Assembly (NCBI GenBank): GCA_964504295.1
Contig: CAZDEC010000007.1
Span: forward strand, 664 to 64,663
Direction: 5' to 3'
Length of the DNA: 64,000 nucleotides
Source of the DNA: an uncultured Thioalkalispiraceae bacterium
Lineage (GTDB): Bacteria > Pseudomonadota > Gammaproteobacteria > UBA6429 > Thiohalophilaceae
Below the pieces are notes generated by a model, which was not told the origin of the DNA, made no database searches, and saw only the letters and a program-made list of their open reading frames with translations. Below, piece by piece: positions 16,693 to 27,512 of the stretch. The stretch's first letter is position 1. Each line of letters begins with the position of its first letter. A program made the position numbers and the translations under genes.

Positions 16693-18285
16693 GTGATTTC
16701 TACAGCTAATTTAACCATTCAATTTGGTGATAAACCCCTATTCGAAAATGTTTCAGTCAAATTTGGCGAAGGCAACCGTTACGGTTTAATTGGCGCGAAT
16801 GGTTGTGGTAAATCCACTTTTATGAAGATTTTAGGCGGTGAGTTAGATGCTACTGCCGGTACTTACTCTATCGACGTGAATGAACGCCTGGGTAAATTAG
16901 GCCAGGATCAATTTGCTTTTGAAGAATACTCGGTGGTTGATACCGTTATTATGGGGCATGCAGAGCTCTGGGAAATAAAGGCTGAACGGGACCGTATTTA
17001 TTCATTACCTGAAATGAGCGAAGCAGAAGGAATGAAGGTTGCGGAACTCGAAGTCGAATTCGCGGAAATGGACGGTTATACCGCTGAAGCACGTGCAGGG
17101 GAATTGTTGTTTGGTTTAGATATTCCACTAGAACAACATTCAGGCCCAATGAGTGCGGTCGCACCGGGTTGGAAGTTACGCGTATTACTGGCACAGGCCT
17201 TATTTTCTGATCCCGATATTTTATTACTTGATGAGCCGACCAATAATCTGGATATCAATACTATTCGCTGGTTAGAAAATATTATCAACGAACGTAATAG
17301 CACCATGATTATCATTTCGCATGATCGACATTTCTTAAATAGTGTTTGCACTCATATGGCCGATCTGGATTTTGGTGAAATTAGAATTTATCCCGGTAAC
17401 TATGACGCTTACATGACGGCATCAACCGCAGTACTTGAGCGTCAGCAAGCAGATAATGCCAAGAAGAGAGTACAAATTGCAGAGTTGCAATCGTTTGTGA
17501 GTCGTTTCTCGGCGAATGCGTCTAAAGCGAAACAGGCGACTTCGCGTGCCAAGCAACTTGAAAAAATTAAGCTGGAAGACATCAAGCCTTCGAGTCGAGT
17601 GAATCCTTTTATTCGTTTTGAGCAAGAGAAAAAATTATATCGTTTAGCTATTGAAGTAAAAGGTTTAAGCAAAGGCTTTGACGAGAAGCCTTTGTTCAGC
17701 GATTTGAATATGTTGGTAGAGGTAGGCGAGCGTATTGCAATAATTGGCCCCAATGGTATTGGTAAAACAACATTGCTTAGAACCCTGGCGAATGATCTTG
17801 AACCGGATAGTGGCTTGGTTAAGTTGTCTGAAAATCATAGCCTTGGATATTTTGCACAAGATCATGCACATGACTTTGAAGAAGAATTAAATCTGTTTGA
17901 CTGGATGAGCCAATGGAAGCAGCCGGGCGATGATGAACAAGCCGTTCGCGGTATTCTGGGTAGAATGCTGTTTTCACAAAATGATATTAAAAAGTCAGTT
18001 AAAGTCATTTCGGGTGGCGAGCAGGGTCGAATGTTGTTTGGTAAATTAATGATGATAAAACCCAATATTCTATTAATGGACGAGCCAACCAACCACCTTG
18101 ATATGGAATCAATTGAATCACTCAATACTGCGCTAGAGAATTATCCGGGTACGCTTATTTTTGTCAGCCATGACCGTGAATTTGTGTCTTCACTGGCAAC
18201 GCGAATAATCGAAATAAAAGAGGATAGTTTAGTAAACTTTTCAGGGACTTATGAAGATTATTTACGGCTTCAGGTGGCTGATTAG
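16693..18285 (+). CDS. ABC-F family ATPase (YbiT-like), with two ABC domains and no TMD
   Basis: Two Walker A motifs (GANGCGKST; GPNGIGKTT), two signature-like motifs and two Walker B motifs ([11 protein letters not shown]; [11 protein letters not shown]). 530 aa, GTG start. Confidence 0.9.
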   Translation: MISTANLTIQFGDKPLFENVSVKFGEGNRYGLIGANGCGKSTFMKILGGELDATAGTYSIDVNERLGKLGQDQFAFEEYSVVDTVIMGHAELWEIKAERDRIYSLPEMSEAEGMKVAELEVEFAEMDGYTAEARAGELLFGLDIPLEQHSGPMSAVAPGWKLRVLLAQALFSDPDILLLDEPTNNLDINTIRWLENIINERNSTMIIISHDRHFLNSVCTHMADLDFGEIRIYPGNYDAYMTASTAVLERQQADNAKKRVQIAELQSFVSRFSANASKAKQATSRAKQLEKIKLEDIKPSSRVNPFIRFEQEKKLYRLAIEVKGLSKGFDEKPLFSDLNMLVEVGERIAIIGPNGIGKTTLLRTLANDLEPDSGLVKLSENHSLGYFAQDHAHDFEEELNLFDWMSQWKQPGDDEQAVRGILGRMLFSQNDIKKSVKVISGGEQGRMLFGKLMMIKPNILLMDEPTNHLDMESIESLNTALENYPGTLIFVSHDREFVSSLATRIIEIKEDSLVNFSGTYEDYLRLQVAD

Positions 18286-18537
18286 TCACAGAATAATAAC
18301 CTTGTAAAATACGGGCTAATTAGATTCGCTGCTCTTCGATAGCGTTGGCGATGATCTGCCACCCTATATCACGTATACTCCCGAACTTAACAAGGCATTC
18401 GAGATCGTGCGAACTGTACCCTCCACACGTGCTTAATTTTGCTGTGCTGCTTAATGATTCTTAATTGATGCATATCAAAGCAGATAGCATAGCTATTCGT
18501 TCGCAATGATTTTTTCAATTTAAAGAATGGTTATGTA

Positions 18538-21500
18538 ATGAAAGCAATTTGCCCGTCATGTCATTTCGAAAATCCAGCGGGCTTTAAATTCTGCGGCGAG
18601 TGCGGCGCCAAATTTGAAGTCCGAAATTTTTCTTCTGATACTATTCCTGCCCTAACGCCTACAGCTATTGAAACCATTGATGGCAATACTGCTGAGCGTC
18701 GCCAGTTAACGGTTATGTTTTGTGATTTAGTTGATTCAACTCAACTTTCAGATAATCTTGACCCGGAAGACTTACGCGAAGTTATTCATCATTACCAAAA
18801 AGCCTGTGGTGAAATTGTTAGTCGTTACGATGGTTATATCGCCCAGTTTTTAGGTGATGGTCTGCTTATTTATTTTGGTTTTCCACATGCACATGAAGAT
18901 GATGCCCGTCGCGCGGCGGTTAGCGCGCTTGAAATGGTTGATGCGATTAAAGCATTGAATCGCGCATTCACTCTACCGGAAGGTTATAGCCTGGCGGTAC
19001 GTATTGGCATTAATACCGGCTTGGTTGTGACCAGTGAGCTGGGTTCAGGGGTAAAGAAAGAACACCTTGCTTTAGGTAAAACCCCGAATGTTGCCGCCCG
19101 TTTACAAGCACTTGCCGGTAAAGATCAGATATTAGTCAGTGGCTCCAGCCATCAACTGATTGAAAATGATTTTAATTTTAAAGATCTGGGCGAAAGGCAA
19201 ATAAAAGGCATTGCTGAAGGGATAAGATCTTATCAGGTCATCGAGAGTATCGATAATAAAAATAATATTATCGATGCGAGCGGTAAAACTGCTTCAAAAA
19301 TTATTGGTCGGCAACATGAAATTAACACGTTATTAAAACTCTGGGATAAAACCATTCAGGGGCAGGGTTGTATCTCGGTGGTGAGTGGTGATGCAGGCAT
19401 TGGCAAGTCTCGGTTACTGAAGGCATGCCGGGATGAACTTAAAAGTGACGACTATCAGTTATTGGTCGCACGTTGCCATGCGTTTGGTGAGACAAGTACG
19501 TTTAGTCCGATTGTGGATTTATTGCTGCGTATAATCGGTTTATCAACGAGTCTTTCGGTTGAAGAAAAACGTAAAAAATTACACAGTTTTCTGGAACGGG
19601 AAAAAATAGATGTAGAAGAAGCGTTTCCCCTGTTTGCAACTTTTCTGGGCTTGCCTTTAAGTACACGAGATCGTGAAATTGTTATAGCGCCACAAAAACG
19701 AAAAGCCAGAATGATAGAATTAGTCTCTGAGTTATTAATTCGCTCATCGAAGCAAGTGCCAATGCTATTAATTATTGAAGATTTGCACTGGGTCGATCCT
19801 TCAACGCTCGAACTCATTAATTACCTTATCAGGGTTATTCCTGATAATCAGATACTCGCTGTTTTTACCTGCCGGCTAAATTTTGTTATTCCCTGGCACG
19901 AAAGTGAAACCTTAAACTTCTTGTTTTTAGATAATCTTGAGCAGGTTGATGTTGAATCTATGGTTTTGTCTTTAACCCATGACAAAGCGTTACCACTGGA
20001 AATCATGCAGCATATTGTGGATAAAACAGATGGTATTCCCTTGTTTATCGAAGAATTAACAAAAATGTTAATTGAATCTGGTTTGTTACGTTTTGTAGGC
20101 AATAAATTTGTTCTTGATGGCGTCCTGCCCGAGCAAAATATACCAGCAACCTTGCAGGACTCACTGACTGCAAGGTTAGACAGTATGGGTGCTGCAAAAG
20201 AGGTTGCCCAACTTGGTGCTGCGATTGGTCGTGAATTTAGTTATCAGTTAGTGCGTTCTGTTATTGGCAAAGGCCAAGATGAACTGGATGTGGCATTGCA
20301 AGAGTTAGTCAATGCAGAATTAATTTATCGTCGTGGTTTGCCACCAAATGCAGACTATATTTTTAAACATGCTCTTATTCAGGATGCTGCTGCCTCTTCA
20401 TTATTAAAGTCGCATCGACAAAAACTACATCAGCGTATTGCCAGTGTTTTAATTGATGAGTATGCCAGTATGGCAGAAACTCGGCCTGAGCAAATTGCAC
20501 ATCATTTTACCGCCGCAGCTAATTATGAAGTTGCGATTGACTGGTGGATTAAGGCTGGCTCGCATGCCCTTGAACAGTCTGCGAGTGTTGAAGCAATTGA
20601 ACATGCAAAAAAAGGTTTAAATTTATTGCAGCATGTAACCGATACAGAAAGAAACCGACGTCGAGAACTTTATTTGCAAATGACACTGGGCCCGGTACTT
20701 ACCGCAACGAAAGGCTATGCCGCACCGGAAGTTGAAAATGCCTATCGACGAGCTTATGAATTATGTCAAACAGTGGGCGCAGGTGCTGATTTGTTTCCGG
20801 TGCTGTGGGGATTTTATGCTTTTTCAGTTGTGCGTTCCGAGTTTTTAGCCGCACTAGATGCCGCAACACAGATGCTGGATCTTGCCGATACCCTGGAAGA
20901 AGAGTCAATGCAAATTGAATCGCATCAAGCGCTCGGTCTAATTAATTATTTTATGGGGCAACCGAAACTAGCGCAGAACCACATTCTCAAAGTTCTGGAA
21001 CTGGACAGCGGTCAGCGGGATCGTTCTTTTACATTTAAAAGTGGCCAGGATGCCAGTGTTTGTAACCTTGCCTTTGCCGCGTTAAACAGCTGGATGCTGG
21101 GGGATGACTCGCACGCTGAAAGTTTTTCAAAACAGGCGATTCAACTGGCAAGAGAATTAGACCATCCTTTTAGTTTAACGTATGCACTTAATTTTGCATC
21201 GTGGTTGAGCTATATGCAGGGTAATGCAGAAAAAACAAAATTTTATGCCCAGGAAGAAATCGACCTTTCAATCGAGCACGAATTTTTCTGGTTACACAAA
21301 GGTAAATTGTTATTGGGTTGGGCAATGGCGCAATCAGATGATAAGGAAAAAATTAAACAAGGTCATGAAATGGTTAAAAATGGTTTTCATGCCTATAAAG
21401 AACCTGGCGCGCGATTAGGTCAAACATTACAAATGGCGATTGATGCCGATATCTGTTTGCGTCAGGGTGATTTAGACGAAGGGCTTGATATTATTGATAA

Positions 21501-21720
21501 TGCATTACATGCAGTCGATAGTACGGGAGAAGTTTTCTGGCATGCAGAATTGCTGCGAATTAAAGCCGAAATATTAAAAGATGTAAAACCGGAAGAAGCC
21601 GCTGAATGTTATCAGCAGGCAGTGACTATCGCAGAACAACAAGCCGCTGCTGGTTTAATGCAACGTGTAAAGCAGAGTATGGAAAAATTCAATGCTCATA
21701 AGAATGTGGCGAACAAATAA
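18538..21720 (+). CDS. Zinc-ribbon + class III adenylate/guanylate cyclase + AAA/STAND P-loop ATPase + TPR-like C-terminal region
   Basis: CPSCHFENPAGFKFCGECG. Cyclase blocks ERRQLTVMFCDLVDST, GDGLLIYFG, RIGINTG, PNVAARL. P-loop GDAGIGKSRLL and Walker B LLIIEDLHWVD. Long helical repeat tail. Confidence 0.9.
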   Translation: MKAICPSCHFENPAGFKFCGECGAKFEVRNFSSDTIPALTPTAIETIDGNTAERRQLTVMFCDLVDSTQLSDNLDPEDLREVIHHYQKACGEIVSRYDGYIAQFLGDGLLIYFGFPHAHEDDARRAAVSALEMVDAIKALNRAFTLPEGYSLAVRIGINTGLVVTSELGSGVKKEHLALGKTPNVAARLQALAGKDQILVSGSSHQLIENDFNFKDLGERQIKGIAEGIRSYQVIESIDNKNNIIDASGKTASKIIGRQHEINTLLKLWDKTIQGQGCISVVSGDAGIGKSRLLKACRDELKSDDYQLLVARCHAFGETSTFSPIVDLLLRIIGLSTSLSVEEKRKKLHSFLEREKIDVEEAFPLFATFLGLPLSTRDREIVIAPQKRKARMIELVSELLIRSSKQVPMLLIIEDLHWVDPSTLELINYLIRVIPDNQILAVFTCRLNFVIPWHESETLNFLFLDNLEQVDVESMVLSLTHDKALPLEIMQHIVDKTDGIPLFIEELTKMLIESGLLRFVGNKFVLDGVLPEQNIPATLQDSLTARLDSMGAAKEVAQLGAAIGREFSYQLVRSVIGKGQDELDVALQELVNAELIYRRGLPPNADYIFKHALIQDAAASSLLKSHRQKLHQRIASVLIDEYASMAETRPEQIAHHFTAAANYEVAIDWWIKAGSHALEQSASVEAIEHAKKGLNLLQHVTDTERNRRRELYLQMTLGPVLTATKGYAAPEVENAYRRAYELCQTVGAGADLFPVLWGFYAFSVVRSEFLAALDAATQMLDLADTLEEESMQIESHQALGLINYFMGQPKLAQNHILKVLELDSGQRDRSFTFKSGQDASVCNLAFAALNSWMLGDDSHAESFSKQAIQLARELDHPFSLTYALNFASWLSYMQGNAEKTKFYAQEEIDLSIEHEFFWLHKGKLLLGWAMAQSDDKEKIKQGHEMVKNGFHAYKEPGARLGQTLQMAIDADICLRQGDLDEGLDIIDNALHAVDSTGEVFWHAELLRIKAEILKDVKPEEAAECYQQAVTIAEQQAAAGLMQRVKQSMEKFNAHKNVANK

Positions 21721-21759
21721 ATTTTATATTTAAATGTACTTCAAGAAAGGAAAACGATA

Positions 21760-21933
21760 ATGCCTGAAGATATACCAAAAGCAGTGATGGCTTTAATCTG
21801 GTTGTTAAGCGGGGTAATTGTATTTGGCTGGCTACTGATGGAATATGCGGGCATGGTTCCCTTTGTTTTTGCCCTGTTTTTCTTTGGCATACCTGTTTTT
21901 GTTTCTAAAAAGCTACTAAAGAGAAAAGTATAA
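21760..21933 (+). CDS. Possible 57-aa two-TM membrane mini-protein (below the ORF-track cutoff)
   Basis: Hand translation: MPEDIPKAVMALIWLLSGVIVFGWLLMEYAGMVPFVFALFFFGIPVFVSKKLLKRKV*. RBS AAGGAAAA lies 6-8 nt upstream. Confidence 0.45.
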   Translation: MPEDIPKAVMALIWLLSGVIVFGWLLMEYAGMVPFVFALFFFGIPVFVSKKLLKRKV

Positions 21934-21961
21934 ATCAATTTATTGATAAAATTTGTAGCTA

Positions 21962-22058
21962 TGTCATTCCCGCCCCGACTAAGCCACTCGGAGACAAGCT
22001 GCGGCACACTACTGTCGGAGATAAGCCTAAATTTCGTCATTCCCGGCAGGCGGAAATC
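21962..22058. repeat. REP-like elements of the GTCATTCCCGCC...GGCGGGAAT type
   Basis: TGTCATTCCCGCCCCG at 21962 and CGTCATTCCCGGCAGGCGGAAATC at 22035. The same motif recurs at 29548-29702 and 50611-50637. Confidence 0.5.
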
Positions 22059-22084
22059 TAGAGTTACTAGTAATTTACTTTAGC

Positions 22085-23278
22085 CTATTCTGTTTTAACT
22101 AACGCCGCTGCTTTTTTAGCATTCTCCCGTGCGGCATCTGTTGTGTCGGCATAACAAAGAGCAACCCCCATACGACGTTTTCTAAAAGCTTCTGGCTTGC
22201 CAAATAAACGCAAGTCAGTTTGGGGTATTGTCAGTGCCTTTTCGATATTGTCGAATTCAATCGCGACTTTATCGTGGCCGCCATAAATAACTGCGCTGGC
22301 ACCGGCAGTGCGTAAGGCTGTTGAGACAGGTAAGCCTAAAATAGCGCGCGCATGCAGTTCAAATTCGTTTTGGTTTTGAGTAATCATGGTGACCATGCCG
22401 GTATCATGTGGGCGAGGGCTGACTTCACTAAAGATAACATCATTACCTTTAATAAATAATTCCACCCCAAACAGGCCTCGACCACCTAAACTATCTGTAA
22501 CGGTTTTTGCTATATGTTGTGCTTTGTCTAAAGCCTCGTTAGTCATTTTCTGCGGCTGCCAGCTTTCGACATAATCCCCTTGTTGCTGAATATGGCCGAT
22601 GGGTTCGCAGTAACTTGTTATTGTTTCACCTTTTGCATTTAAAGAACGAACGGTCAGCAAGGTAATTTCATAATCAAAGTTAATCATTTGTTCAACAATA
22701 ATGCGTGTGGTGGCAACACGTGCGCCACTCAAAGCATAGTCCCAGGCAATTTGAATATCCGCTTCATTGTTAATGGTTGACTGGCCTTTCCCTGACGATG
22801 ACATAACCGGTTTTACGATACAGGGGTAGCCAATGCCACCATCTATTGCCGCTTTAAGTTCTTCATAGGATTCAGCAAAGGCGTACTTAGAGGTTGGAAT
22901 TTTTAATTCTTCAGCTGCTAGACAGCGAATACCTTCGCGGTTCATGGTGAGTTGGGTTGCACGTGCGGTTGGGATAACGGTTGCCAGGTTTTGCGCTTCA
23001 ATTTCTGCTAGCATATCCGTGGCGATAGCTTCTATTTCCGGGATGATGAAGTCAGGTTTTTCTTTTAGCACCAGTTTTTTAAGCTCGCTAGCATTTGTCA
23101 TATCAATAACGTAGGCGTGATGTGCCACTTGATGACCCGGTGCATTCTTGTAGCGATCGACACCAATAACCTCAACACCGAGACGTTGCAGGGCAATAAT
23201 CACTTCCTTACCTAATTCACCGCAGCCGAGCAGCATGACTTTTGTCGCATTACTTGAAAGTGGGGTGCCAATTTTCAT
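22085..23278 (-). CDS. purT: Formate-dependent phosphoribosylglycinamide formyltransferase (GAR transformylase 2)
   Basis: N-terminal [17 protein letters not shown]-grasp blocks ([17 protein letters not shown]; GLFGVELF; [11 protein letters not shown]). 397 aa. Confidence 0.95.
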   Translation of the reverse strand: MKIGTPLSSNATKVMLLGCGELGKEVIIALQRLGVEVIGVDRYKNAPGHQVAHHAYVIDMTNASELKKLVLKEKPDFIIPEIEAIATDMLAEIEAQNLATVIPTARATQLTMNREGIRCLAAEELKIPTSKYAFAESYEELKAAIDGGIGYPCIVKPVMSSSGKGQSTINNEADIQIAWDYALSGARVATTRIIVEQMINFDYEITLLTVRSLNAKGETITSYCEPIGHIQQQGDYVESWQPQKMTNEALDKAQHIAKTVTDSLGGRGLFGVELFIKGNDVIFSEVSPRPHDTGMVTMITQNQNEFELHARAILGLPVSTALRTAGASAVIYGGHDKVAIEFDNIEKALTIPQTDLRLFGKPEAFRKRRMGVALCYADTTDAARENAKKAAALVKTE

Positions 23279-23391
23279 GTTAATCTCACAGATTGATTTT
23301 AAGAAATGTATAATTAGTTTACTATATTGATTCGCTAAATAGAATTTTTTACTTTTTTTAATGTCCTACTTTGAATGGACATGGTCAGGTT

Positions 23392-23871
23392 ATGAAAATA
23401 TTTTTTACTTTTATCGCAGTTTTTATTTTAAGCCCGGTGTTTGCAGCTGAACCATACAGTATTCAATACGATCCAGAACGCGACCCTTATGCCGATGGTC
23501 GAGCCGCCATTGTACTTGCGACTAAAACGAATCGCCGAGTGTTAATTGAAGTGGGCGGCGATTGGTGTAAGTGGTGTCATCTTCTGGATGAATTTATTCA
23601 TAGTGATATGCAAATTAAAAATGAACTGCATAAAACCTTTGTGGTTCTGAAAGTAAATGTAAGCGATGAAAATTCAAATGAAAAATTCTTATCAGATTTC
23701 CCTAAAGCATTAGGTTACCCTCATATGTATATTACCGAAAACAACGGCAAGGTAATTCACTCGCAGGACACAGCTGAGTTTTTAACAAATCTTAAATATT
23801 CAAAAAGTAAATTTTTAGATTTTTTAAAACGCTGGCAGCTAAGCCCCATTAAGAAAGCAGCAGAAAAATGA
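23392..23871 (+). CDS. Secreted thioredoxin-fold protein (DUF255/thioredoxin-like); ATG 23392 preferred over TTG 23371
   Basis: Signal peptide MKIFFTFIAVFILSPVFA and GGDWCKWCH (CxxC). Its stop overlaps the next start (ATGA at 23868-23871). Confidence 0.75.
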   Translation: MKIFFTFIAVFILSPVFAAEPYSIQYDPERDPYADGRAAIVLATKTNRRVLIEVGGDWCKWCHLLDEFIHSDMQIKNELHKTFVVLKVNVSDENSNEKFLSDFPKALGYPHMYITENNGKVIHSQDTAEFLTNLKYSKSKFLDFLKRWQLSPIKKAAEK

Positions 23872-24605
23872 AAGCATTTAAAAATAAAAAGAAATCCTTA
23901 TCTCCACAACATATTTTAGCAGCATGGAATGATGAAATACCGACTCGACTTATTTTGTCTCAACAACAGCTCGCTTCAAGGCGACAGTTTTTAAGTCAGA
24001 CTATGCTGGCAATCGGCTCTGTTTCAATTGCTCCTGTTGTACGGGCTAAAATAGACCCAGATAAAACAAAATTGAAAAAAACAGAAAGTGATGTCAGCTG
24101 GAATCAACCCTGGTTAACACTTTCACATGTACAAAATTATTTGTTTCCTCGTAGTGGTGAGATAAATCAAGCTAATTATTCACCGGGTGCGAATGACTTT
24201 AATGCCATCGGTTATTTAAAAACCATGTTAAATGTAGCGGCTGCCGATAAAGATGAGCGTGAGTTTATAATAAAAGGTGTTAGCTGGTTAGACGGTATGG
24301 CCAATAGCTTGTTTGGAAAACCTTTTATTAGATTGAATAACAATAATCGTGAGCAGGTCTTGCAAAAAATAAGTAAAAGCAAATCGGGTGAGTCGTGGTT
24401 ATCTACGTTATTAAATTATATTTTTGAAGCTTTGTTAACAGATCCAGTTTATGGCGGTAATACGGAGCAAGCTGGCTGGAAATGGTTAGAACATCAGGCT
24501 GGTTTTCCGCGACCCACTAAAGATAAAAAATACTGGTTACTCCGGGATAATGCCAGCGGCTCTAATGCCGGTAACTCCGGGAACAGATTAAAGGGTGCTT
24601 CATAA
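23868..24605 (+). CDS. Gluconate 2-dehydrogenase subunit 3-family small subunit with Tat signal
   Basis: SRRQFLSQTMLAIGS twin-arginine signal. C-terminal DPVYGGN...GWKWLEH block. TAATG overlap with the downstream flavoprotein gene. Confidence 0.8.
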   Translation: MKAFKNKKKSLSPQHILAAWNDEIPTRLILSQQQLASRRQFLSQTMLAIGSVSIAPVVRAKIDPDKTKLKKTESDVSWNQPWLTLSHVQNYLFPRSGEINQANYSPGANDFNAIGYLKTMLNVAAADKDEREFIIKGVSWLDGMANSLFGKPFIRLNNNNREQVLQKISKSKSGESWLSTLLNYIFEALLTDPVYGGNTEQAGWKWLEHQAGFPRPTKDKKYWLLRDNASGSNAGNSGNRLKGAS

Positions 24606-26320
24606 TGTTTGACTACGATGTTTGTATTGTTGGCAGTGGCGCAGGTGCCAGCCCGGTTGCTTATACACTAGCAAAAGCCGGTTTTTCAGTTGTGGTGTTA
24701 GAAAAAGGCCCCTGGCTTAATGAAAAAGATTTTTTTAAAGATGAGTTGGCTTGTTGTCGGCGTAGTGTTTACACACCGCAATTAAAAGACGAGCAACATG
24801 TTATCGAAGATTATAACGGCCGGGACAGCAAAGGGAATTATAAATGGGCAAGTGAAGCAACGGCTGAGTCTGGTTGGAATTTTTGGAACGGCAATGTTGT
24901 GGGTGGCTCATCTAATTTTATGAGCGGTTATTTTTATCGCTTAAAACCCATCGACTTTCACTTGCGTTCTGAGTTTGGAAATATAAAAGGTGCCAATGTG
25001 GTTGATTGGCCAATTCAATACAATGATCTTGAGCCTTACTATGAAAAAGTTGAAAGGCTGGTCGGTGTTTCAGGCCATGCGATTAAGCATGCTTTTGCTG
25101 AACCACGCTCAACAAAAGATTTCCCTTACCCGCCAACGATAGAGCATCCTATTTCCGGTTATTTTGATACCGCCTGCAAAATACTCGACTATCAGTCGTT
25201 GCAAACACCACGAGCCATTTTGCCCTATGCAGTAGGTAGCCGTGGTGGCTGTGCCTATTCTGGTTATTGCGGTAGTTATGGTTGCGCAACCGGCGCAAAG
25301 AGTAGTGGCCGAGCGGCATTACTCGATGATGCGGTTAGAACGGGCAATTGTAAAATTATTCCGTATGCTAAAGTTTATAAACTTGAAAGCAATGCCAAAA
25401 GCAAAGTAACACAGGCACATTATTATAATGCCAGCAAGAATGGTCTGAATAAAAAAAATAAAATATCGGCGAAAATATTTGTTGTTGCTTGTCATGCAAT
25501 AGAAACATCACGTTTATTATTATCCTCGACAGGCAGTAAACATCCACATGGCCTGGCGAATAATAGTAATCAAGTTGGTAAGAATTTACTTTTTTCTGCT
25601 GGCGGCTCAGGCACCGGTGAGTTTTATTATGAAGACCTGTCTCCACAGCAAGTGGATGAGTTTAAAGTCCGTGGGCCGTTTATAAATCGTGGTTTACAGG
25701 ATTGGTATGTGATTAAAGATAAAAAATTCAGTCATCTTAATAAAGGGGCGGCCAAAGGTGGCACGATTGATTTTTTATTATCTCACCCAAACCCAACCAC
25801 GCGTGCCGACTCATTAAAGTGGGATGATAACGATAATTTAATTTGGGGTGAGCCGTTAAAACAAAAAGTTCACGCTACGTTTACCGAAAAGCAACGTTTT
25901 CGTTTTGAAGTATTTAATGACTGGCTACCGACAGATGATTGTTTTGTATCGTTAGATTCAAGCGTAAAAGATAAATGGGGTTCGGCAGTTGCAAAAGTAC
26001 GGGTAGGCTATCACGACCATGATTTAGTAGTAGGCAATTATTTAGTTAACAAAGCAGAAACCGTATTAAAACAAATGTATACCAGAAATATTAGCAGTAG
26101 TGTGAGTGGTTCACCGCCGGCCAATTTAGTTGCAGGTGGGTGTCGTTTTGGTAATGACCCGGCAACATCGGTTTTAAATGCAGACTGTCAGGCGCATGAT
26201 GTTGATAATTTATATGTGAGTGATGGTAGCTTTATGCCAACGGGGGGCAGTGTGCCGTATACCTGGACTATTTATGCGAATGCATTTCGGGTGGCGGATA
26301 TTATTAAAAAGAGATTGTAG
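24605..26320 (+). CDS. GMC-family FAD-dependent oxidoreductase (gluconate 2-dehydrogenase flavoprotein-like)
   Basis: YDVCIVGSGAGASPVAYTLAKAGFSVVVLEKG Rossmann motif and a C-terminal GGCRFGNDP...NLYVSDGSFMPT GMC signature. Confidence 0.9.
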   Translation: MFDYDVCIVGSGAGASPVAYTLAKAGFSVVVLEKGPWLNEKDFFKDELACCRRSVYTPQLKDEQHVIEDYNGRDSKGNYKWASEATAESGWNFWNGNVVGGSSNFMSGYFYRLKPIDFHLRSEFGNIKGANVVDWPIQYNDLEPYYEKVERLVGVSGHAIKHAFAEPRSTKDFPYPPTIEHPISGYFDTACKILDYQSLQTPRAILPYAVGSRGGCAYSGYCGSYGCATGAKSSGRAALLDDAVRTGNCKIIPYAKVYKLESNAKSKVTQAHYYNASKNGLNKKNKISAKIFVVACHAIETSRLLLSSTGSKHPHGLANNSNQVGKNLLFSAGGSGTGEFYYEDLSPQQVDEFKVRGPFINRGLQDWYVIKDKKFSHLNKGAAKGGTIDFLLSHPNPTTRADSLKWDDNDNLIWGEPLKQKVHATFTEKQRFRFEVFNDWLPTDDCFVSLDSSVKDKWGSAVAKVRVGYHDHDLVVGNYLVNKAETVLKQMYTRNISSSVSGSPPANLVAGGCRFGNDPATSVLNADCQAHDVDNLYVSDGSFMPTGGSVPYTWTIYANAFRVADIIKKRL

Positions 26321-26330
26321 TTTAAAAAAA

Positions 26331-26537
26331 TTAACCGCAACGGTCATGACGAACACGACGAAAGATCAAATCAACGTTAAGTATGGTCATTGTGAGGAAC
26401 GGTAGTGACGCGGCAATCATAGATTACGAGTATTCGTCAACAAGATTGCTTCCTAGCTTGCCGCGTTTTACTCGTAACTAAAGGCTCGCAATGACATATT
26501 TTTTTAAAAAAGTGTTCTTCGTGTTCGTTGCGGTTAA
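26331..26537. mobile_element. MITE-like element, family 1, second copy
   Basis: Termini TTAACCGCAACGG...CGTTGCGGTTAA. Shares with the copy at 12972-13144 the internal blocks GTCATTGTGAGGAACGGTAGTGACGCGGCAATC ... CAAGATTGC ... GCCGCG ... CTCGCAATGACA. Confidence 0.6.
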
Positions 26538-26543
26538 AAAATA

Positions 26544-27512
26544 TTAAAACTTCCGACTAACTGCAAACTCCGCCAATTCAACCAATGCTGTTTTATACTC
26601 AGAATCTTCAATATGTTCTAATGCTTCAATTGCCAGTTGTGATTCTTTTTCTGCACAAGCAGCGGTGTAGTCAATAGCACCTGTAGCCTGAATGGCTTCG
26701 GTGACCGCATCAATATGTTCCAGGCCATTTTCTTCAATGGCTTTTCGCACTATATCAGCTTGTTCTTTTGTGCCATTTTGAATGGTGTAGATAAGCGGCA
26801 GGGTGGGCTTGCCTTCGGCGAGGTCGTCACCGATATTTTTGCCCATTTCTTCGCTTGATGCGCTGTAATCGAGGACATCATCAATAAGTTGGAAGGCGGT
26901 GCCGAGGTGCATACCGTATTTGGCCATGGCCTGTTGAGCCTCGATTTCTTCGTTATTTAGAACCGCCGCTAATTCTGAGGCCGATTCAAATAATTTAGCA
27001 GTTTTATTGTGAATAACGTCTAAATAGCGTTGTTCAGTGGTATCGGGGTCATGCACATTGAGCAATTGCTGAACTTCGCCTTCGGCAATGGTATTGGTGG
27101 CATTGGCTAAAATGGCCATTATTTGCATATCACCGACATCAACCATCATTTGGAAGGCACGAGAGTAGAGAAAATCACCTACTAGCACGCTGGCCTCATT
27201 TCCCCATAGGCTATTGGCTGTTTCCTGACCACGGCGTAGTTCAGAGGCATCCACAACGTCGTCATGGAGCAAAGTAGCAGTATGAATAAATTCAATAATT
27301 GCTGCAATATCAATATGCTGAGAACCCTGGTAGCCAATGGCGCGAGCGCACAGTAGATGTATAACGGGGCGTAAGCGCTTGCCACCGCTGTTAATAATAT
27401 GGGTACCTACTTGATTAATCAGCACGATTTCAGAGCGTAAACGCTCTAAAATAGTCGCATTGACCTGTTTCATGTCGTCGGCTATTAACTGGTAAATAGA
27501 TTCTATATTCAT
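26544..27512 (-). CDS. ispB: Octaprenyl-diphosphate synthase
   Basis: GGKRLRP, first DDxxD (LLHDDVVD) and second DDxxD (QLIDDVLD). ATG at 27512 (MNIESIYQL...) preferred over GTG 27563. Confidence 0.9.
   Translation of the reverse strand: MNIESIYQLIADDMKQVNATILERLRSEIVLINQVGTHIINSGGKRLRPVIHLLCARAIGYQGSQHIDIAAIIEFIHTATLLHDDVVDASELRRGQETANSLWGNEASVLVGDFLYSRAFQMMVDVGDMQIMAILANATNTIAEGEVQQLLNVHDPDTTEQRYLDVIHNKTAKLFESASELAAVLNNEEIEAQQAMAKYGMHLGTAFQLIDDVLDYSASSEEMGKNIGDDLAEGKPTLPLIYTIQNGTKEQADIVRKAIEENGLEHIDAVTEAIQATGAIDYTAACAEKESQLAIEALEHIEDSEYKTALVELAEFAVSRKF

Noticed and set aside
21741-22040. 99-aa minus-strand ORF after the cyclase gene
   Set aside because: It overlaps a better small plus-strand gene (RBS, TM helices) and reads through REP-like repeats. 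No motif.
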